Shown: positions 19,104 to 28,633, counted from the stretch's first letter. The stretch is 45,149 nt of DNA from Flavobacteriaceae bacterium TMED81 (GCA_002171575.2 NHEI02000036.1:1-45149), one strand, 5' to 3'. Numbers and translations are program-made. Notes: a model not told the origin generated them from the letters alone.

Positions 19104-20651
19104 ATGGAGTCGATACAGGTGTTGTGGGTAGATGATGAAATCAATCGATTACAACCACACATCCAGTTTTTGGAAGAAAAGGGATACCAATTCAGTCCAT
19201 GCACAAATGGTCCAGACGCATTGGAACTGATCAAAAAACAAGCGTTTGACGTTGTTCTTCTCGATGAAAATATGCCTGGCATGGATGGGCTATCTGTCTT
19301 AAGCGAAATCAAGCAAATCCTTCCCAACCTCGCGGTCATTATGATTACAAAGAGTGAGGCAGAAACGCTGATGGAGGAAGCCATTGGTTCAAAAATTGCG
19401 GACTATTTAATCAAGCCCGTCAATCCCAATCAGATTTTATTGTCTCTGAAAAAAAACTTGGATCACTCGCGTTTGGTCACTGAGAAAACGTCGATGGACT
19501 ATCAGCGTTCATTCCAAGAACTCAATATGGAAATCAGTCGGGCAAATGACTATGCAGAATGGGCTGCGATTTATCAAAAGCTCTGCTTTTGGGAATTGGA
19601 ACTCGACACTTTGGAATCGAATGACTTGCAAGAAATTCTCGATCACCAAAAGACAGAAGCCAATCATCAGTTTTCCAAGTTTATATCGTCCAATTATGAA
19701 GATTTGGTCGGAGGGGATAGCCCCCTAGTCATGTCTCACCAAATGATTGACCAACTGGTATTGGACAAGATGCCAAAAAACAAGACAACTCTTTTGGTTG
19801 TGATCGACAACCTTCGCTATGATCAGTGGCGGGTTTTACAAACACACCTCTCCCCTTTCTACAAATTGCAAGAAGAAATGATTTGCAGTAGTATTTTACC
19901 TACGGCAACCCAATATGCCAGAAATGCATTATTTGCTGGAGAGTTACCAGTTCACATCAAACGATTGTACCCAAACCTCTGGAAGGATGACATTGATTCG
20001 GGAGGGAAAAACCAATACGAGCAAGAGCTATTGGATGCACAGTTTGCTGCGCTAGAACAAGATATATCGTTTAGTTACCATAAAATCAATCGCCAAGAAC
20101 AAGGTTTAAAACTTGCTTCCCAGCTGCAAAATGAAGCCAAAAACGACCTATGTGTAGTCGTTTACAACTTTGTCGATGTGATTTCACATGCCAAAACTGA
20201 GATGGAAATCATCAAAGAGCTGGCATCTTCTGACAAGGCCTTCCGGTCGTTGACGTCCACATGGTTTCAGAACTCTCCTTTGTTAGACATTATCAAACGT
20301 GCGCAGTCACTGGGATTTACCTTGATGATTACCACAGACCACGGAACCATCAATGTACGTCAACCTTCCAAAATTTTGGGGGACCGGGAATCGAGTACCA
20401 ACATTCGATATAAGACAGGAAAGCGTCTCAATACCGAAGATAAAAACCTCTATACGGTATCAAACCCTGAGGATATTGGCTTACCAAAAATAAACCTGTC
20501 TAGCAGCTTTACTTTTGCTACAGAAGATCGGTATTTGATCTATCCATCAAACTACAATCACTTTGTCAACTTTTATAAAAACACCTATCAGCATGGCGGG
20601 GTATCTTTAGAAGAAATGCTGATTCCTTTTGCGGTGCTTTCCCCCAAGTGA
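19104..20651 (+). CDS. porX: response regulator with C-terminal PglZ (alkaline-phosphatase-like) domain, PorX-type
   Basis: The 515-aa ORF has a CheY-like receiver (VLWVDDE..., DVVLLDENMPGMDG, KP) followed by a PglZ-like domain (VVIDNLRYDQW, TTDHG). REC+PglZ of this size in Bacteroidota corresponds to PorX. Confidence 0.75.
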   Translation: MESIQVLWVDDEINRLQPHIQFLEEKGYQFSPCTNGPDALELIKKQAFDVVLLDENMPGMDGLSVLSEIKQILPNLAVIMITKSEAETLMEEAIGSKIADYLIKPVNPNQILLSLKKNLDHSRLVTEKTSMDYQRSFQELNMEISRANDYAEWAAIYQKLCFWELELDTLESNDLQEILDHQKTEANHQFSKFISSNYEDLVGGDSPLVMSHQMIDQLVLDKMPKNKTTLLVVIDNLRYDQWRVLQTHLSPFYKLQEEMICSSILPTATQYARNALFAGELPVHIKRLYPNLWKDDIDSGGKNQYEQELLDAQFAALEQDISFSYHKINRQEQGLKLASQLQNEAKNDLCVVVYNFVDVISHAKTEMEIIKELASSDKAFRSLTSTWFQNSPLLDIIKRAQSLGFTLMITTDHGTINVRQPSKILGDRESSTNIRYKTGKRLNTEDKNLYTVSNPEDIGLPKINLSSSFTFATEDRYLIYPSNYNHFVNFYKNTYQHGGVSLEEMLIPFAVLSPK

Positions 20652-20665
20652 TCTATTTTTGCACC

Positions 20666-21070
20666 ATGGTACTGGAATATACTTTGGAAGAGATCGATCG
20701 TGTTGCTGAGCAGCTCATCGATTCGTTTACGCATTCCATAGTCGCCATGAGCGGTCAAATGGGAAGTGGTAAGACCACACTGGTTCAAGCGATCGTTTCC
20801 CAATTGGGAAGTGACGAAACCGTGAGTAGCCCTACCTTTGGACTGGTTCATGAGTACAATATTCCCAATGGAAAGCTCATTCACATGGATTTGTATCGTT
20901 TGGAACAGCAGAGTGAGCTTGAACAGCTCGGTTTTGATGATTACATCTCCACTGGTAATTTGTGTTTGATCGAGTGGCCAGAGCTAGCTGCCAAGCACAT
21001 TCAAGGCGGTTGTCACCACTTGAACATCGAATGGGTAAATGATCACAAACGCAAATTAAATTTCAAATGA
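20666..21070 (+). CDS. tsaE: tRNA threonylcarbamoyladenosine biosynthesis ATPase TsaE
   Basis: Walker A motif GQMGSGKTT followed by SPTF.LV..Y and H.DLYRL. I prefer the ATG at 20666 over the GTG at 20648. Confidence 0.85.
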   Translation: MVLEYTLEEIDRVAEQLIDSFTHSIVAMSGQMGSGKTTLVQAIVSQLGSDETVSSPTFGLVHEYNIPNGKLIHMDLYRLEQQSELEQLGFDDYISTGNLCLIEWPELAAKHIQGGCHHLNIEWVNDHKRKLNFK

Positions 21071-21393
21071 GTTTTTTAAAACGTTTGTCTTACTATCTCG
21101 GTGGATTTTCGGTTGGTATCGTACTGTTAGTCTTCTTTTTAGGTGGTAAAAACACGCGTTGCACCTATACGCCTGATGCAAGAGTGATCAATGATTTTTC
21201 CAAAAAAGAATGGGTGTTTAGCACCCCTACAAATGACAGCATTGACCGAAGTCAGTTTTTAAAAGGCGGTGACATTGTTTTTTCCAAGAGCCGGGTTGGT
21301 CTTGACAGTTGCAATGTATATCGACTGCGACTTTCCCATGCGGTTTATGATGTTCAGAATTGCGACAGTATCGCTTATTTCACCGTTCGTTAG
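21067..21393 (+). CDS. hypothetical membrane-anchored protein (108 aa)
   Basis: An N-terminal TM helix (GGFSVGIVLLVFFLGG) is present, and the start has an ATGA overlap with tsaE. I recognised no domain. Confidence 0.5.
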   Translation: MSFLKRLSYYLGGFSVGIVLLVFFLGGKNTRCTYTPDARVINDFSKKEWVFSTPTNDSIDRSQFLKGGDIVFSKSRVGLDSCNVYRLRLSHAVYDVQNCDSIAYFTVR

Positions 21394-22561
21394 CCAAAGT
21401 CGCTCTTCTTTTCAATTCCTTTTGTAATCGCGTAAGCTCTCTAGATGTTTGTCCTGCTATTGCCGTGTTTTCTTCTGCACGTCTTGCGAGATAAGGGATC
21501 AATTTATCCACGGGTCCAAATGGTACAAACTTGACCACATTGTACCCTTTATCGGCTAGGACAAAACTGATGTAATCACTCATGCCGAGCAATTGACTAA
21601 ACCATACTCGATCGTCGTTTGGTTTAATCTCGTATTGATCCATGAGATTTATCACCTGAACCATACTTTCTTCGTTATGTGACCCCAAGACAACCGCAAT
21701 ATTGACAAGATGCTTGAAACAATAATCTACTGCTGTGTGATAGCTTTTATCCGTTTCGGCTTTGGAGGCGCAAATGGGACTGGAAAGACCATGTTTGTGA
21801 GCGATTTTGCGTTCTTTTTCCATATAGGCACCGCGAACGAGCTTGACCCCGAGATAAAATGAATCCTGTATGGCTTGTATATGCATCTGTTTCAAACGAC
21901 GATTTCCATCGACCAAATACAATTGCACGGTATTGTACACCACAGCTTTGTTGAGATTGAACTCCCGCATCAGATCCAACACCAGTTGATCAGTTGCAAT
22001 TTGCATACTGTATTCTTCGGCATCGACTAGCAAAGCAACCCCATGTTCCTGCGCGGTTTGGCAACAGCGACGAAATCGATTTATGACCCTTTTCCAGGCG
22101 ATTTGTTCTTCTGTATTCAGCGACTGTCTCGCATTTATTTTTTGAAATAAATGCTTGTGGCCAAACGAGGTAGGCTTACAAACGCTAAAGGGGATGCCAT
22201 TTGTTTTGGCGGCGTGGGTGATTAGCTTTTGCACCATCTCACAGTTTGTGTCGAACTCGCTTTCAGCAGAACTGTCTTCAATGGCATAATTGAGATAAGA
22301 ATGCACCCCGTAGTTGGAAAGCGAAACAACCGTAGATTCGCATGCTTGTAGGGATGTACCTGCATAAAACGGACGAAATAACCAGCGTTGAAGATATTGT
22401 ATCCCTGGTAATTGGATATGCCCAAAGCGTTTCATTAGCTTAATACCGAGTTTTGAAATTCTTGGATTTGACAGCAACCGAAACAAACGCACCAACTGCT
22501 TGAGTTCCTTTGTTGAACGATGCACAAAAGCGGAGTCATGATTGTTAAAAATATCACGCAT
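21380..22561 (-). CDS. proline dehydrogenase (stand-alone)
   Basis: PutA-type PRODH barrel motifs are present (LLVDAEE, GVKLVRGAY, ARRAEENT). The start is set at the ATG at 22561, because the track start at 22570 is a TTG. Confidence 0.85.
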   Translation of the reverse strand: MRDIFNNHDSAFVHRSTKELKQLVRLFRLLSNPRISKLGIKLMKRFGHIQLPGIQYLQRWLFRPFYAGTSLQACESTVVSLSNYGVHSYLNYAIEDSSAESEFDTNCEMVQKLITHAAKTNGIPFSVCKPTSFGHKHLFQKINARQSLNTEEQIAWKRVINRFRRCCQTAQEHGVALLVDAEEYSMQIATDQLVLDLMREFNLNKAVVYNTVQLYLVDGNRRLKQMHIQAIQDSFYLGVKLVRGAYMEKERKIAHKHGLSSPICASKAETDKSYHTAVDYCFKHLVNIAVVLGSHNEESMVQVINLMDQYEIKPNDDRVWFSQLLGMSDYISFVLADKGYNVVKFVPFGPVDKLIPYLARRAEENTAIAGQTSRELTRLQKELKRRATLANER

Positions 22562-22622
22562 ATAATCCAAACTGTTTGTTTTACAACATTTAAAAATAAA
22601 ACATTTGGGTTACTTTTGCATC

Positions 22623-23693
22623 ATGGCTGAAAAAAAGATTGACAAAGCATCGATTAGCACGGTACTTTACACGGAGAAAGGTTGGAATCGCCTTGACGAA
22701 TCGGTTGGGTCAAAGCAGTACACTTCAATCTTTGTACTCACTGATAGTAACACAAACCAACACTGCTTACCCCTTTTTGACAAACTCTTTCGGCACGCTT
22801 ACACCCTACTGACTATGGAAGCTGGTGAGACCAACAAACATCTGGCGACTTGTAAAGATTTGTGGGCTTCACTATCCAAGCAAGGAGCAGATCGCAATAG
22901 CTTGTTGATCAATCTTGGCGGTGGTGTCGTTACTGATTTGGGGGGCTTTGTCGCCTGCACCTACAAACGAGGAATTGATTTTATCAATATTCCCACCTCA
23001 CTGCTCGCCATGGTCGATGCCTCAGTTGGTGGAAAAACTGGTGTGGATTTTCAAGGATTAAAAAACCAAATCGGAATCATTAAAGAGCCAGCGTTTGTTG
23101 TGATCGATGACGACTTTTTACAAACGCTACCCCAAGACGAACACAGAAGTGGGTATGCCGAAATGCTAAAACATGGACTTATAGCAGATGCGGATTATTT
23201 CTCGCTGTTGTCGTCAAAATCTATTGACATAAACGCCCAAATGACAGATTATATCCGCCACTCGGTCAGCATTAAAAGTCAAGTGGTTACCGAAGACCCT
23301 TTTGAACAGGGTTTGCGTAAAATTCTCAACTACGGTCACACTTTGGGACATGCGATTGAGACCCATTTCCTTGAGCATCCAACTAAAAAACGCTTGTTGC
23401 ATGGTGAGGCCATTGCGATTGGGATGATCATGGAAGCCGAATTATCGTGTCGTACCACAAATTTGACAGTAAAAGAGCGCGATCAAATCAAAACCGTTTT
23501 TTCATCGATTTATGACCCTGTCTCGTTTGCAGAAAGCGATGTGATTGCAATCAAAGGACTACTAAAACACGATAAGAAAAATCAATCGGATCAAGTACGC
23601 TTTGTACTGCTACAAGCCATCGGTAAACCTGTTATCGATTGTCTGGTGAGCGAGGAGGACATCAACGCTGCCTTTCAGTTTTACGCTGACTAA
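22623..23693 (+). CDS. aroB: 3-dehydroquinate synthase
   Basis: Motifs GGGVVTDLGGF, DASVGGKTG and HG.A..IG are present. I prefer the ATG at 22623 over the TTG at 22605. Confidence 0.9.
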   Translation: MAEKKIDKASISTVLYTEKGWNRLDESVGSKQYTSIFVLTDSNTNQHCLPLFDKLFRHAYTLLTMEAGETNKHLATCKDLWASLSKQGADRNSLLINLGGGVVTDLGGFVACTYKRGIDFINIPTSLLAMVDASVGGKTGVDFQGLKNQIGIIKEPAFVVIDDDFLQTLPQDEHRSGYAEMLKHGLIADADYFSLLSSKSIDINAQMTDYIRHSVSIKSQVVTEDPFEQGLRKILNYGHTLGHAIETHFLEHPTKKRLLHGEAIAIGMIMEAELSCRTTNLTVKERDQIKTVFSSIYDPVSFAESDVIAIKGLLKHDKKNQSDQVRFVLLQAIGKPVIDCLVSEEDINAAFQFYAD

Positions 23694-26251
23694 GCAGAGT
23701 TTCGACTCGCATTGATATTTCCAAATAGCGAGCGGGTTACCATTTTTTCAAGAATTTCATCACTCCCCTTTTGATGTAGTTTGCCCAGTGCATACTGCTG
23801 TATAGTCAGCAGTGGCAGTACGATTTTTTCACGCATCATAATCGAGGCTTTTCCAGCTGGCTCATTTTCCATCAATTCTGACTGTCCAGTGAGCTTTAGC
23901 AAGTATTTTTTGGAACGTTGGTATTCCGCATAAATCTGATCCCAAAACGCACCGTACTCTGGATCGTTTTGCATATAGGCAGTGAGTTTGAAAAACGATT
24001 TGGTCAAACTCATCATGGAGTTATACACCAGTGTTCTGAAGAAAGCGTTGTTTTGATACAAATCCAACACCTGATCAAAGCGCCCTGACTCCTCGAATTT
24101 TTCCAATGCCAGACCCACACCATAAAATCCAGGTACGTTTTGCTTTAACTGACTCCAACTCCCGACAAATGGGATCGCACGAAGGGCTGAAAAATCCAAC
24201 GACTTGGATTTCCCTCTTTTGGTTGGACGGCTACCGATATTGGTTTTGGCGTAAAACTTCAAGGTGCTCATATGCTCCAAATAAGGTAAAAACTTTGGAT
24301 GTGACTTAAAATCTTGATAGGCCTGATAACTTGTTTCGGCAAGCTCATCCATGGTTTGACGATCTTCAACAGACAACTCCGACGAGCTGCTATTAAAAAC
24401 CCGGTTGGCAATCCCTGAGCTTAAAAGTTGTTCGAGGTTGTACTGGCAAGAATTGACCGTCCCAAAGTTCGAACTGATCGTTTGTCCTTGAACGGTGATT
24501 TGAATTTCGTCCGATTCGATGCTGTCTCCCAAAGAGGCATAAAACTGATGTGTGTTTCCACCACCGCGTGCTGGTGGTCCACCCCGACCGTCAAAGAATA
24601 AGGCCTTGATCCCATGCTTTCGGGAAACTTCGGTAAGCTCTTCCTTGGTACGGAAAATACTCCAATTCGCCATCAGATAACCACCATCTTTTGTGCCGTC
24701 TGAAAATCCGAGCATGATGGTTTGCTTGTCGCCTCTTGTTCGCAAGTGATTTCGATAGGTAGGATTACTGTACACGATATCCATCACCTTAGGTGCGATA
24801 CTCAAATCGGTAATGGTTTCAAAAAGCGGCGCCACATCAACAGTGGGTGCTTCCCAATTGCTCAGGCGGATCATCGCAAAGACTTCAAATATATTTTGTG
24901 CGGTTTGGTTGTTGCTAATGATATAGCGATGGCAACCGAGTTGTCCGTTTTTTGTTTGAATCTCTTGCATGGCGCGAATCGATCCAAGGGTTTTGTTGAC
25001 GAGTTCGTCGGAAAAACTATTTGGAGACAAGTCTCCTTTTATTGTGGTTAGAAATTCAATTTTCTCAACTTCATCAAGTTGTAAATAGTCCACATCCTTG
25101 TTGACTACGCCTTGCTTTTGAGCGCCTTTGAGCAAAGTCATAAAGGCCTCGTGGTGGACACGCGAATCTTGACGGATATCCAAACTGGCAAAGTGATAAC
25201 CAAAGGTACTGACCTTATTGAGTAAGGCATCGACTTCTTTGGCAAACATCCCATGATAATCCGAAACCAAAAGTTCGTGAATCTGTTCTAGCTTTGCGGT
25301 CAAATCAGCAAGGGATATTTCGGGTTGTTCTTTTTTGCTAAAGATGCTGTTATACAACTTGGTTTCGATGTCAGCAGCGATATACTCTACCCCTTTAAAG
25401 GTGAGTCTTCTTCGCAATTTACGGATATCACGATAATAGTTCCGAATCACATTGCTTCGCAGTCCCTGAGCCGTTTTAAGCGTAATATCTGTGGTGACAA
25501 AGGGGTTTCCGTCTCGGTCTCCACCGGGCCAAAATCCGAGATTGATCAATGGATTTACAAAGTCTTCCTTGTCAAAAATGTTGTTTTTGATATACTGATG
25601 GATGTTGCTGACCGAGTGATAAAACACATGCTCCAAATACCACATCAAGCTTTTTGCTTCGTCAAGTGGCGTTGGCTTTTCTTTCTTAAAAAAAGGAGTT
25701 CTACCGAGTTGGGCGAGCAAAATTTTGATGGAAGGTAAGTCATTGGCCTTAATGGCAGTTGACAAATCTGTAATAATCCCGAGAACGGAACCTGGATAAA
25801 ACTGAGTCGGGTGGGCAGTGAGGACTGGGCGTACTCTAAAATTGTTCAGATAATCTTTTAATGCTCCCGTTTTTGATTTCTCTGCAGCCTCTTCTTTAGA
25901 GCTTCTCAGGGTTCCCCGTCCACTAAAATTATTAATTTCTGTAAAGGCAGCATCTTCAATGGCATCGAAAAGCACAACCTGACGTTCGATAAATTGAATC
26001 AACCGAAACAAGGTGTCGATATTGTCTTTTTCGGAGTTGTTTGGGTAGTATTGTTCAAAAAACTCCTCTACAATTTCAATTGGATTTTTGTTTTGATCAA
26101 ATCCGAGTGCACAAAATTCTGCAAAGAAAGGAAGGAGCGTAGAGGTTTTCGAAATATGGGAGTATGGAAGTGTGGAAAACACACTGTTATACAGGTTAAA
26201 TCTCGAAATAACCTCGTTTTCGAAGCGTTCTAATTTTGTTTTTTGTGCCAT
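23690..26251 (-). CDS. ppc: phosphoenolpyruvate carboxylase
   Basis: Motifs VLTAHPTQ, FHGRGG-like FDGRGGPPARGGG and C-terminal NASRNSA-type tail are present. The start is set at ATG 26251 (MAQKTK), because the track start at 26281 is a TTG. Confidence 0.9.
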   Translation of the reverse strand: MAQKTKLERFENEVISRFNLYNSVFSTLPYSHISKTSTLLPFFAEFCALGFDQNKNPIEIVEEFFEQYYPNNSEKDNIDTLFRLIQFIERQVVLFDAIEDAAFTEINNFSGRGTLRSSKEEAAEKSKTGALKDYLNNFRVRPVLTAHPTQFYPGSVLGIITDLSTAIKANDLPSIKILLAQLGRTPFFKKEKPTPLDEAKSLMWYLEHVFYHSVSNIHQYIKNNIFDKEDFVNPLINLGFWPGGDRDGNPFVTTDITLKTAQGLRSNVIRNYYRDIRKLRRRLTFKGVEYIAADIETKLYNSIFSKKEQPEISLADLTAKLEQIHELLVSDYHGMFAKEVDALLNKVSTFGYHFASLDIRQDSRVHHEAFMTLLKGAQKQGVVNKDVDYLQLDEVEKIEFLTTIKGDLSPNSFSDELVNKTLGSIRAMQEIQTKNGQLGCHRYIISNNQTAQNIFEVFAMIRLSNWEAPTVDVAPLFETITDLSIAPKVMDIVYSNPTYRNHLRTRGDKQTIMLGFSDGTKDGGYLMANWSIFRTKEELTEVSRKHGIKALFFDGRGGPPARGGGNTHQFYASLGDSIESDEIQITVQGQTISSNFGTVNSCQYNLEQLLSSGIANRVFNSSSSELSVEDRQTMDELAETSYQAYQDFKSHPKFLPYLEHMSTLKFYAKTNIGSRPTKRGKSKSLDFSALRAIPFVGSWSQLKQNVPGFYGVGLALEKFEESGRFDQVLDLYQNNAFFRTLVYNSMMSLTKSFFKLTAYMQNDPEYGAFWDQIYAEYQRSKKYLLKLTGQSELMENEPAGKASIMMREKIVLPLLTIQQYALGKLHQKGSDEILEKMVTRSLFGNINASRNSA

Positions 26252-26267
26252 TGATGAATTGTCGTTT

Positions 26268-26323
26268 AAAAAAACCCTCAAACTTGTGGTAAGAGGGTTG
26301 TTTATATGTGTTTACCCTCTTAC
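26268..26323 (-). promoter_or_regulatory. two mutually exclusive hairpins, the second followed by U7 (candidate terminator/antiterminator), between the lrp-like gene and ppc
   Basis: On the minus strand, GTAAGAGGGT (26323-26314) pairs with ACCCTCTTAC (26298-26289) for 10 bp. Alternatively AACCCTC (26299-26293) pairs with GAGGGTT (26279-26273), which is followed by a T-run extending to 26268. The ppc ATG is 16 nt further on. Confidence 0.5.
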
Positions 26324-26799
26324 AGTTCTTGGAAAATGGTATGCATCAAGCGTTTTTTATCATTTATACTTTCTTCTAACGAAATCATGGTTTCTGTACG
26401 CAAAATTCCATCGATATCGTCAATCGAGAAAATAATTTCTTTGGCATGCTCCGTACTTTTCGCACGGACCTTGCAATAGATGTTAAACTTTCCAGTCGTG
26501 ATGTGCGCTACCGTAACATTCGGAATTTCGGAAAGACGCTCCAAAACATATTTTGTCTGGTGGGTCTTCTCTAGATAAATCCCGATATAAGCAATAAACG
26601 AATAGCCCAATTTTTTGTAGTCCAGCGTCAAGGATGAACCCTTGATAATCCCTGCATCTTCCATTTTCTTTACACGAACGTGAACAGTTCCCGCTGAAAT
26701 CAAGAGCTTTTTGGCAATGTCGGTAAAAGGGGTGCGCATGTTATCGATCAGAATGTCAAGGATTTGATGATCGGTTTCGTCCAATTTTATGTTATTCAT
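26320..26799 (-). CDS. Lrp/AsnC family transcriptional regulator
   Basis: The 159-aa ORF has an N-terminal HTH (D..ILDIL..N.R....IAKKL.IS..TV..RVKKME..GII) and a C-terminal RAM/AsnC domain. Confidence 0.9.
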   Translation of the reverse strand: MNNIKLDETDHQILDILIDNMRTPFTDIAKKLLISAGTVHVRVKKMEDAGIIKGSSLTLDYKKLGYSFIAYIGIYLEKTHQTKYVLERLSEIPNVTVAHITTGKFNIYCKVRAKSTEHAKEIIFSIDDIDGILRTETMISLEESINDKKRLMHTIFQEL

Positions 26800-26874
26800 A
26801 TTATTTTTTTTGCAAATAAAGTAAAAATTCTTTGAATTATATGTATCCTAAACGCTATTTTATTGTAAATCGTA

Positions 26875-27954
26875 TTATAAATCCAACGTATTCAACACAT
26901 TTTGTGCGGATTCTTCGATTTTAAAGTCAATCCTGTTTAATTTGTCACAATTGGGTTCGATATGACCATGGCAATGCGATAAATCCCCGGCAGCAGCAAA
27001 AACCGCTTGAAAAGCGATGGAGTCGTTTTGTAAAACCTCTTGATACTGCAGCCCAACATCCCCTCTTTGCTGACTGCCTTTTTCCATAAAACTTACATCT
27101 CGCAAAAGAAAGTCGAAAAAGATCTTTTGATTCTCTGGGATTGAGTGATACACCGACAAGTTCCCAAAACTAGAGCTGGCAATGGCTTCAAGCGCCAATA
27201 CATAGGCGTAAAACACATATTCTCGAGTTTGCTCACGGCTGTAGTCGTCCGGGTGGTGTCCCGCTTCGATCAACAGCGTTGGAACGCCCGCAGACTGAAA
27301 GGCATCCCCTACGCAGTTGGGGTTAAAACTGTCGTCAAAACGCCCAATTTGCGATCCGATCAACGGCTGGAGTCCTTCGAAGATGGTACTTACCAACTGT
27401 GCAGCCAAGGTTCGACACGAATTATAATTTCGATCTTGATCAAAAGCGGGAGCCAATAAGGATACTGTGGCTGGTTTGCCATTTACGCCAAATATCGTAC
27501 GCTGATCGTGTAGATTAAACGCAAAATCAGGTGAGAATTGATCAAATTCCTCACGCAACACACGACTTTCGATCTGACTCAAGTCTATCGCGTCTCGGTT
27601 TAAATCCACTTGATTGGCGTTTACACGCGTATACGCCTTTGCTCCATCGGGGTTGAGAATGGGAATAATGGAAAGCTGAAGATTATCGAGCCAAACCGGG
27701 TTGGTATTGAGGAAACGAAGGAGATCAAACAAGCTTTTTGTTGTTGTGGACTCATTTCCGTGCATTTGCGAACACATCAGCACCTTGGTGCTCCCTGTAC
27801 CCATACGAATGCGGTAAATGGGCAAACCTGACGTGCTATGACCAATTATCGAGTGATTGTAATCGTACATCAAGGGCTCAATATGGGTATTGGTAATATA
27901 TCGACCCGCTAATTTGGATTCTACGACAGACAAATATGGTGGAAATGGATTCAT
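26875..27954 (-). CDS. M14-family zinc carboxypeptidase-like protein (AstE/AspA-related fold)
   Basis: The QMHGNEST zinc-binding motif and a downstream H are present. The start is set at ATG 27954 because a TAcaTTTG box lies inside the longer TTG-initiated extension. Confidence 0.75.
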   Translation of the reverse strand: MNPFPPYLSVVESKLAGRYITNTHIEPLMYDYNHSIIGHSTSGLPIYRIRMGTGSTKVLMCSQMHGNESTTTKSLFDLLRFLNTNPVWLDNLQLSIIPILNPDGAKAYTRVNANQVDLNRDAIDLSQIESRVLREEFDQFSPDFAFNLHDQRTIFGVNGKPATVSLLAPAFDQDRNYNSCRTLAAQLVSTIFEGLQPLIGSQIGRFDDSFNPNCVGDAFQSAGVPTLLIEAGHHPDDYSREQTREYVFYAYVLALEAIASSSFGNLSVYHSIPENQKIFFDFLLRDVSFMEKGSQQRGDVGLQYQEVLQNDSIAFQAVFAAAGDLSHCHGHIEPNCDKLNRIDFKIEESAQNVLNTLDL

Positions 27955-27970
27955 ACACAATTCTCGTTTG

Positions 27971-27978
27971 CAAATGTA
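27971..27978 (-). promoter_or_regulatory. candidate -7 box TAcaTTTG for the M14 peptidase gene
   Basis: Exact TAnnTTTG on the minus strand, 17 nt upstream of ATG 27954. Confidence 0.4.
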
Positions 27979-28057
27979 AACAGAATACAAGTTACAAAAG
28001 TAAACTCTCGATTGTTACATTTGTATAAGATTTGAATGAAAATGAACCCTTACATAT

Positions 28058-28218
28058 TACAATTGTATAATATTTCATTAAAATAATATATAATTGCCTA
28101 TTTATTAGGGAGTTATATAAATAATGTGAAGTAAAAATTGAAGTTTGTATACTTGATATTGTATCAAAATAAAATGTATATTTACATGGTTCTAATTAAA
28201 ATCACATGTAATTTACAT
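28058..28218. promoter_or_regulatory. cluster of short palindromes in an AT-rich divergent intergenic region (candidate operators)
   Basis: The palindromes are TACAATTGTA (28058-28067), TTGATA-ttg-TATCAA (28153-28167), ATGTA-tatt-TACAT (28174-28187) and ATGTAA-t-TTACAT (28206-28218). Confidence 0.4.
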
Positions 28219-28221
28219 TTG
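28214..28221 (+). promoter_or_regulatory. candidate -7 box TAcaTTTG immediately upstream of the XRE regulator gene
   Basis: Exact TAnnTTTG ending 5 nt before ATG 28226. This would imply a leaderless or near-leaderless transcript. Confidence 0.35.
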
Positions 28222-28225
28222 TAAC

Positions 28226-28633
28226 ATGGAAGAAATTGTCAAACGGATTGCGCAAATTTTGGAAGAACAACAGCTGAGCTCTTCTGCTTTTGCAGACACC
28301 ATAGGCGTACAGCGGTCTTCCATTTCGCATGTCTTGTCCGGACGAAACAAACCCAGCTTGGAGTTTATCCGAAAGACAGTTCGTGCGTTTCCCGCCTACT
28401 CTACCGATTGGTTGTTGTTTGGCAAATCATCTGAATCCCCAGTCACCTACCCAGAACCCATTGAGCAGGCATCACCTTCAACAGTTCAAGATATTGCTTT
28501 TACAGATAATCCCACGACAGAGGAAAGTCCAAAAGTACCCGCTTCAACTTCCAACTCACAAGCTGGAATCGACAAGATTGTCTTGCTGTATAAAGATGGG
28601 CGTTTTACTGAGTACATCCCCAAAAATGATTAA
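28226..28633 (+). CDS. XRE-family helix-turn-helix protein
   Basis: The 135-aa ORF has an N-terminal HTH (LSSSAFADTIGVQRSSISHVLSGRNKPSLEFIRK) and a Pro/Ser/Thr-rich linker. Confidence 0.8.
   Translation: MEEIVKRIAQILEEQQLSSSAFADTIGVQRSSISHVLSGRNKPSLEFIRKTVRAFPAYSTDWLLFGKSSESPVTYPEPIEQASPSTVQDIAFTDNPTTEESPKVPASTSNSQAGIDKIVLLYKDGRFTEYIPKND

Noticed and set aside
19076-19384. A 103-codon N-terminal extension of the HD hydrolase ORF (track ORF 17873-19384).
   Set aside because: It overlaps the porX receiver-domain coding sequence antisense. The extension has no HD-family similarity, and a -7 box lies inside it, just upstream of the TTG at 19075.
28036-28086. A 16-codon ATG ORF (MKMNPYILQLYNISLK) inside the AT-rich intergenic region.
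   Set aside because: It is a short ORF in AT-rich DNA with no promoter box, coupling or hydrophobic pattern. It is indistinguishable from chance.
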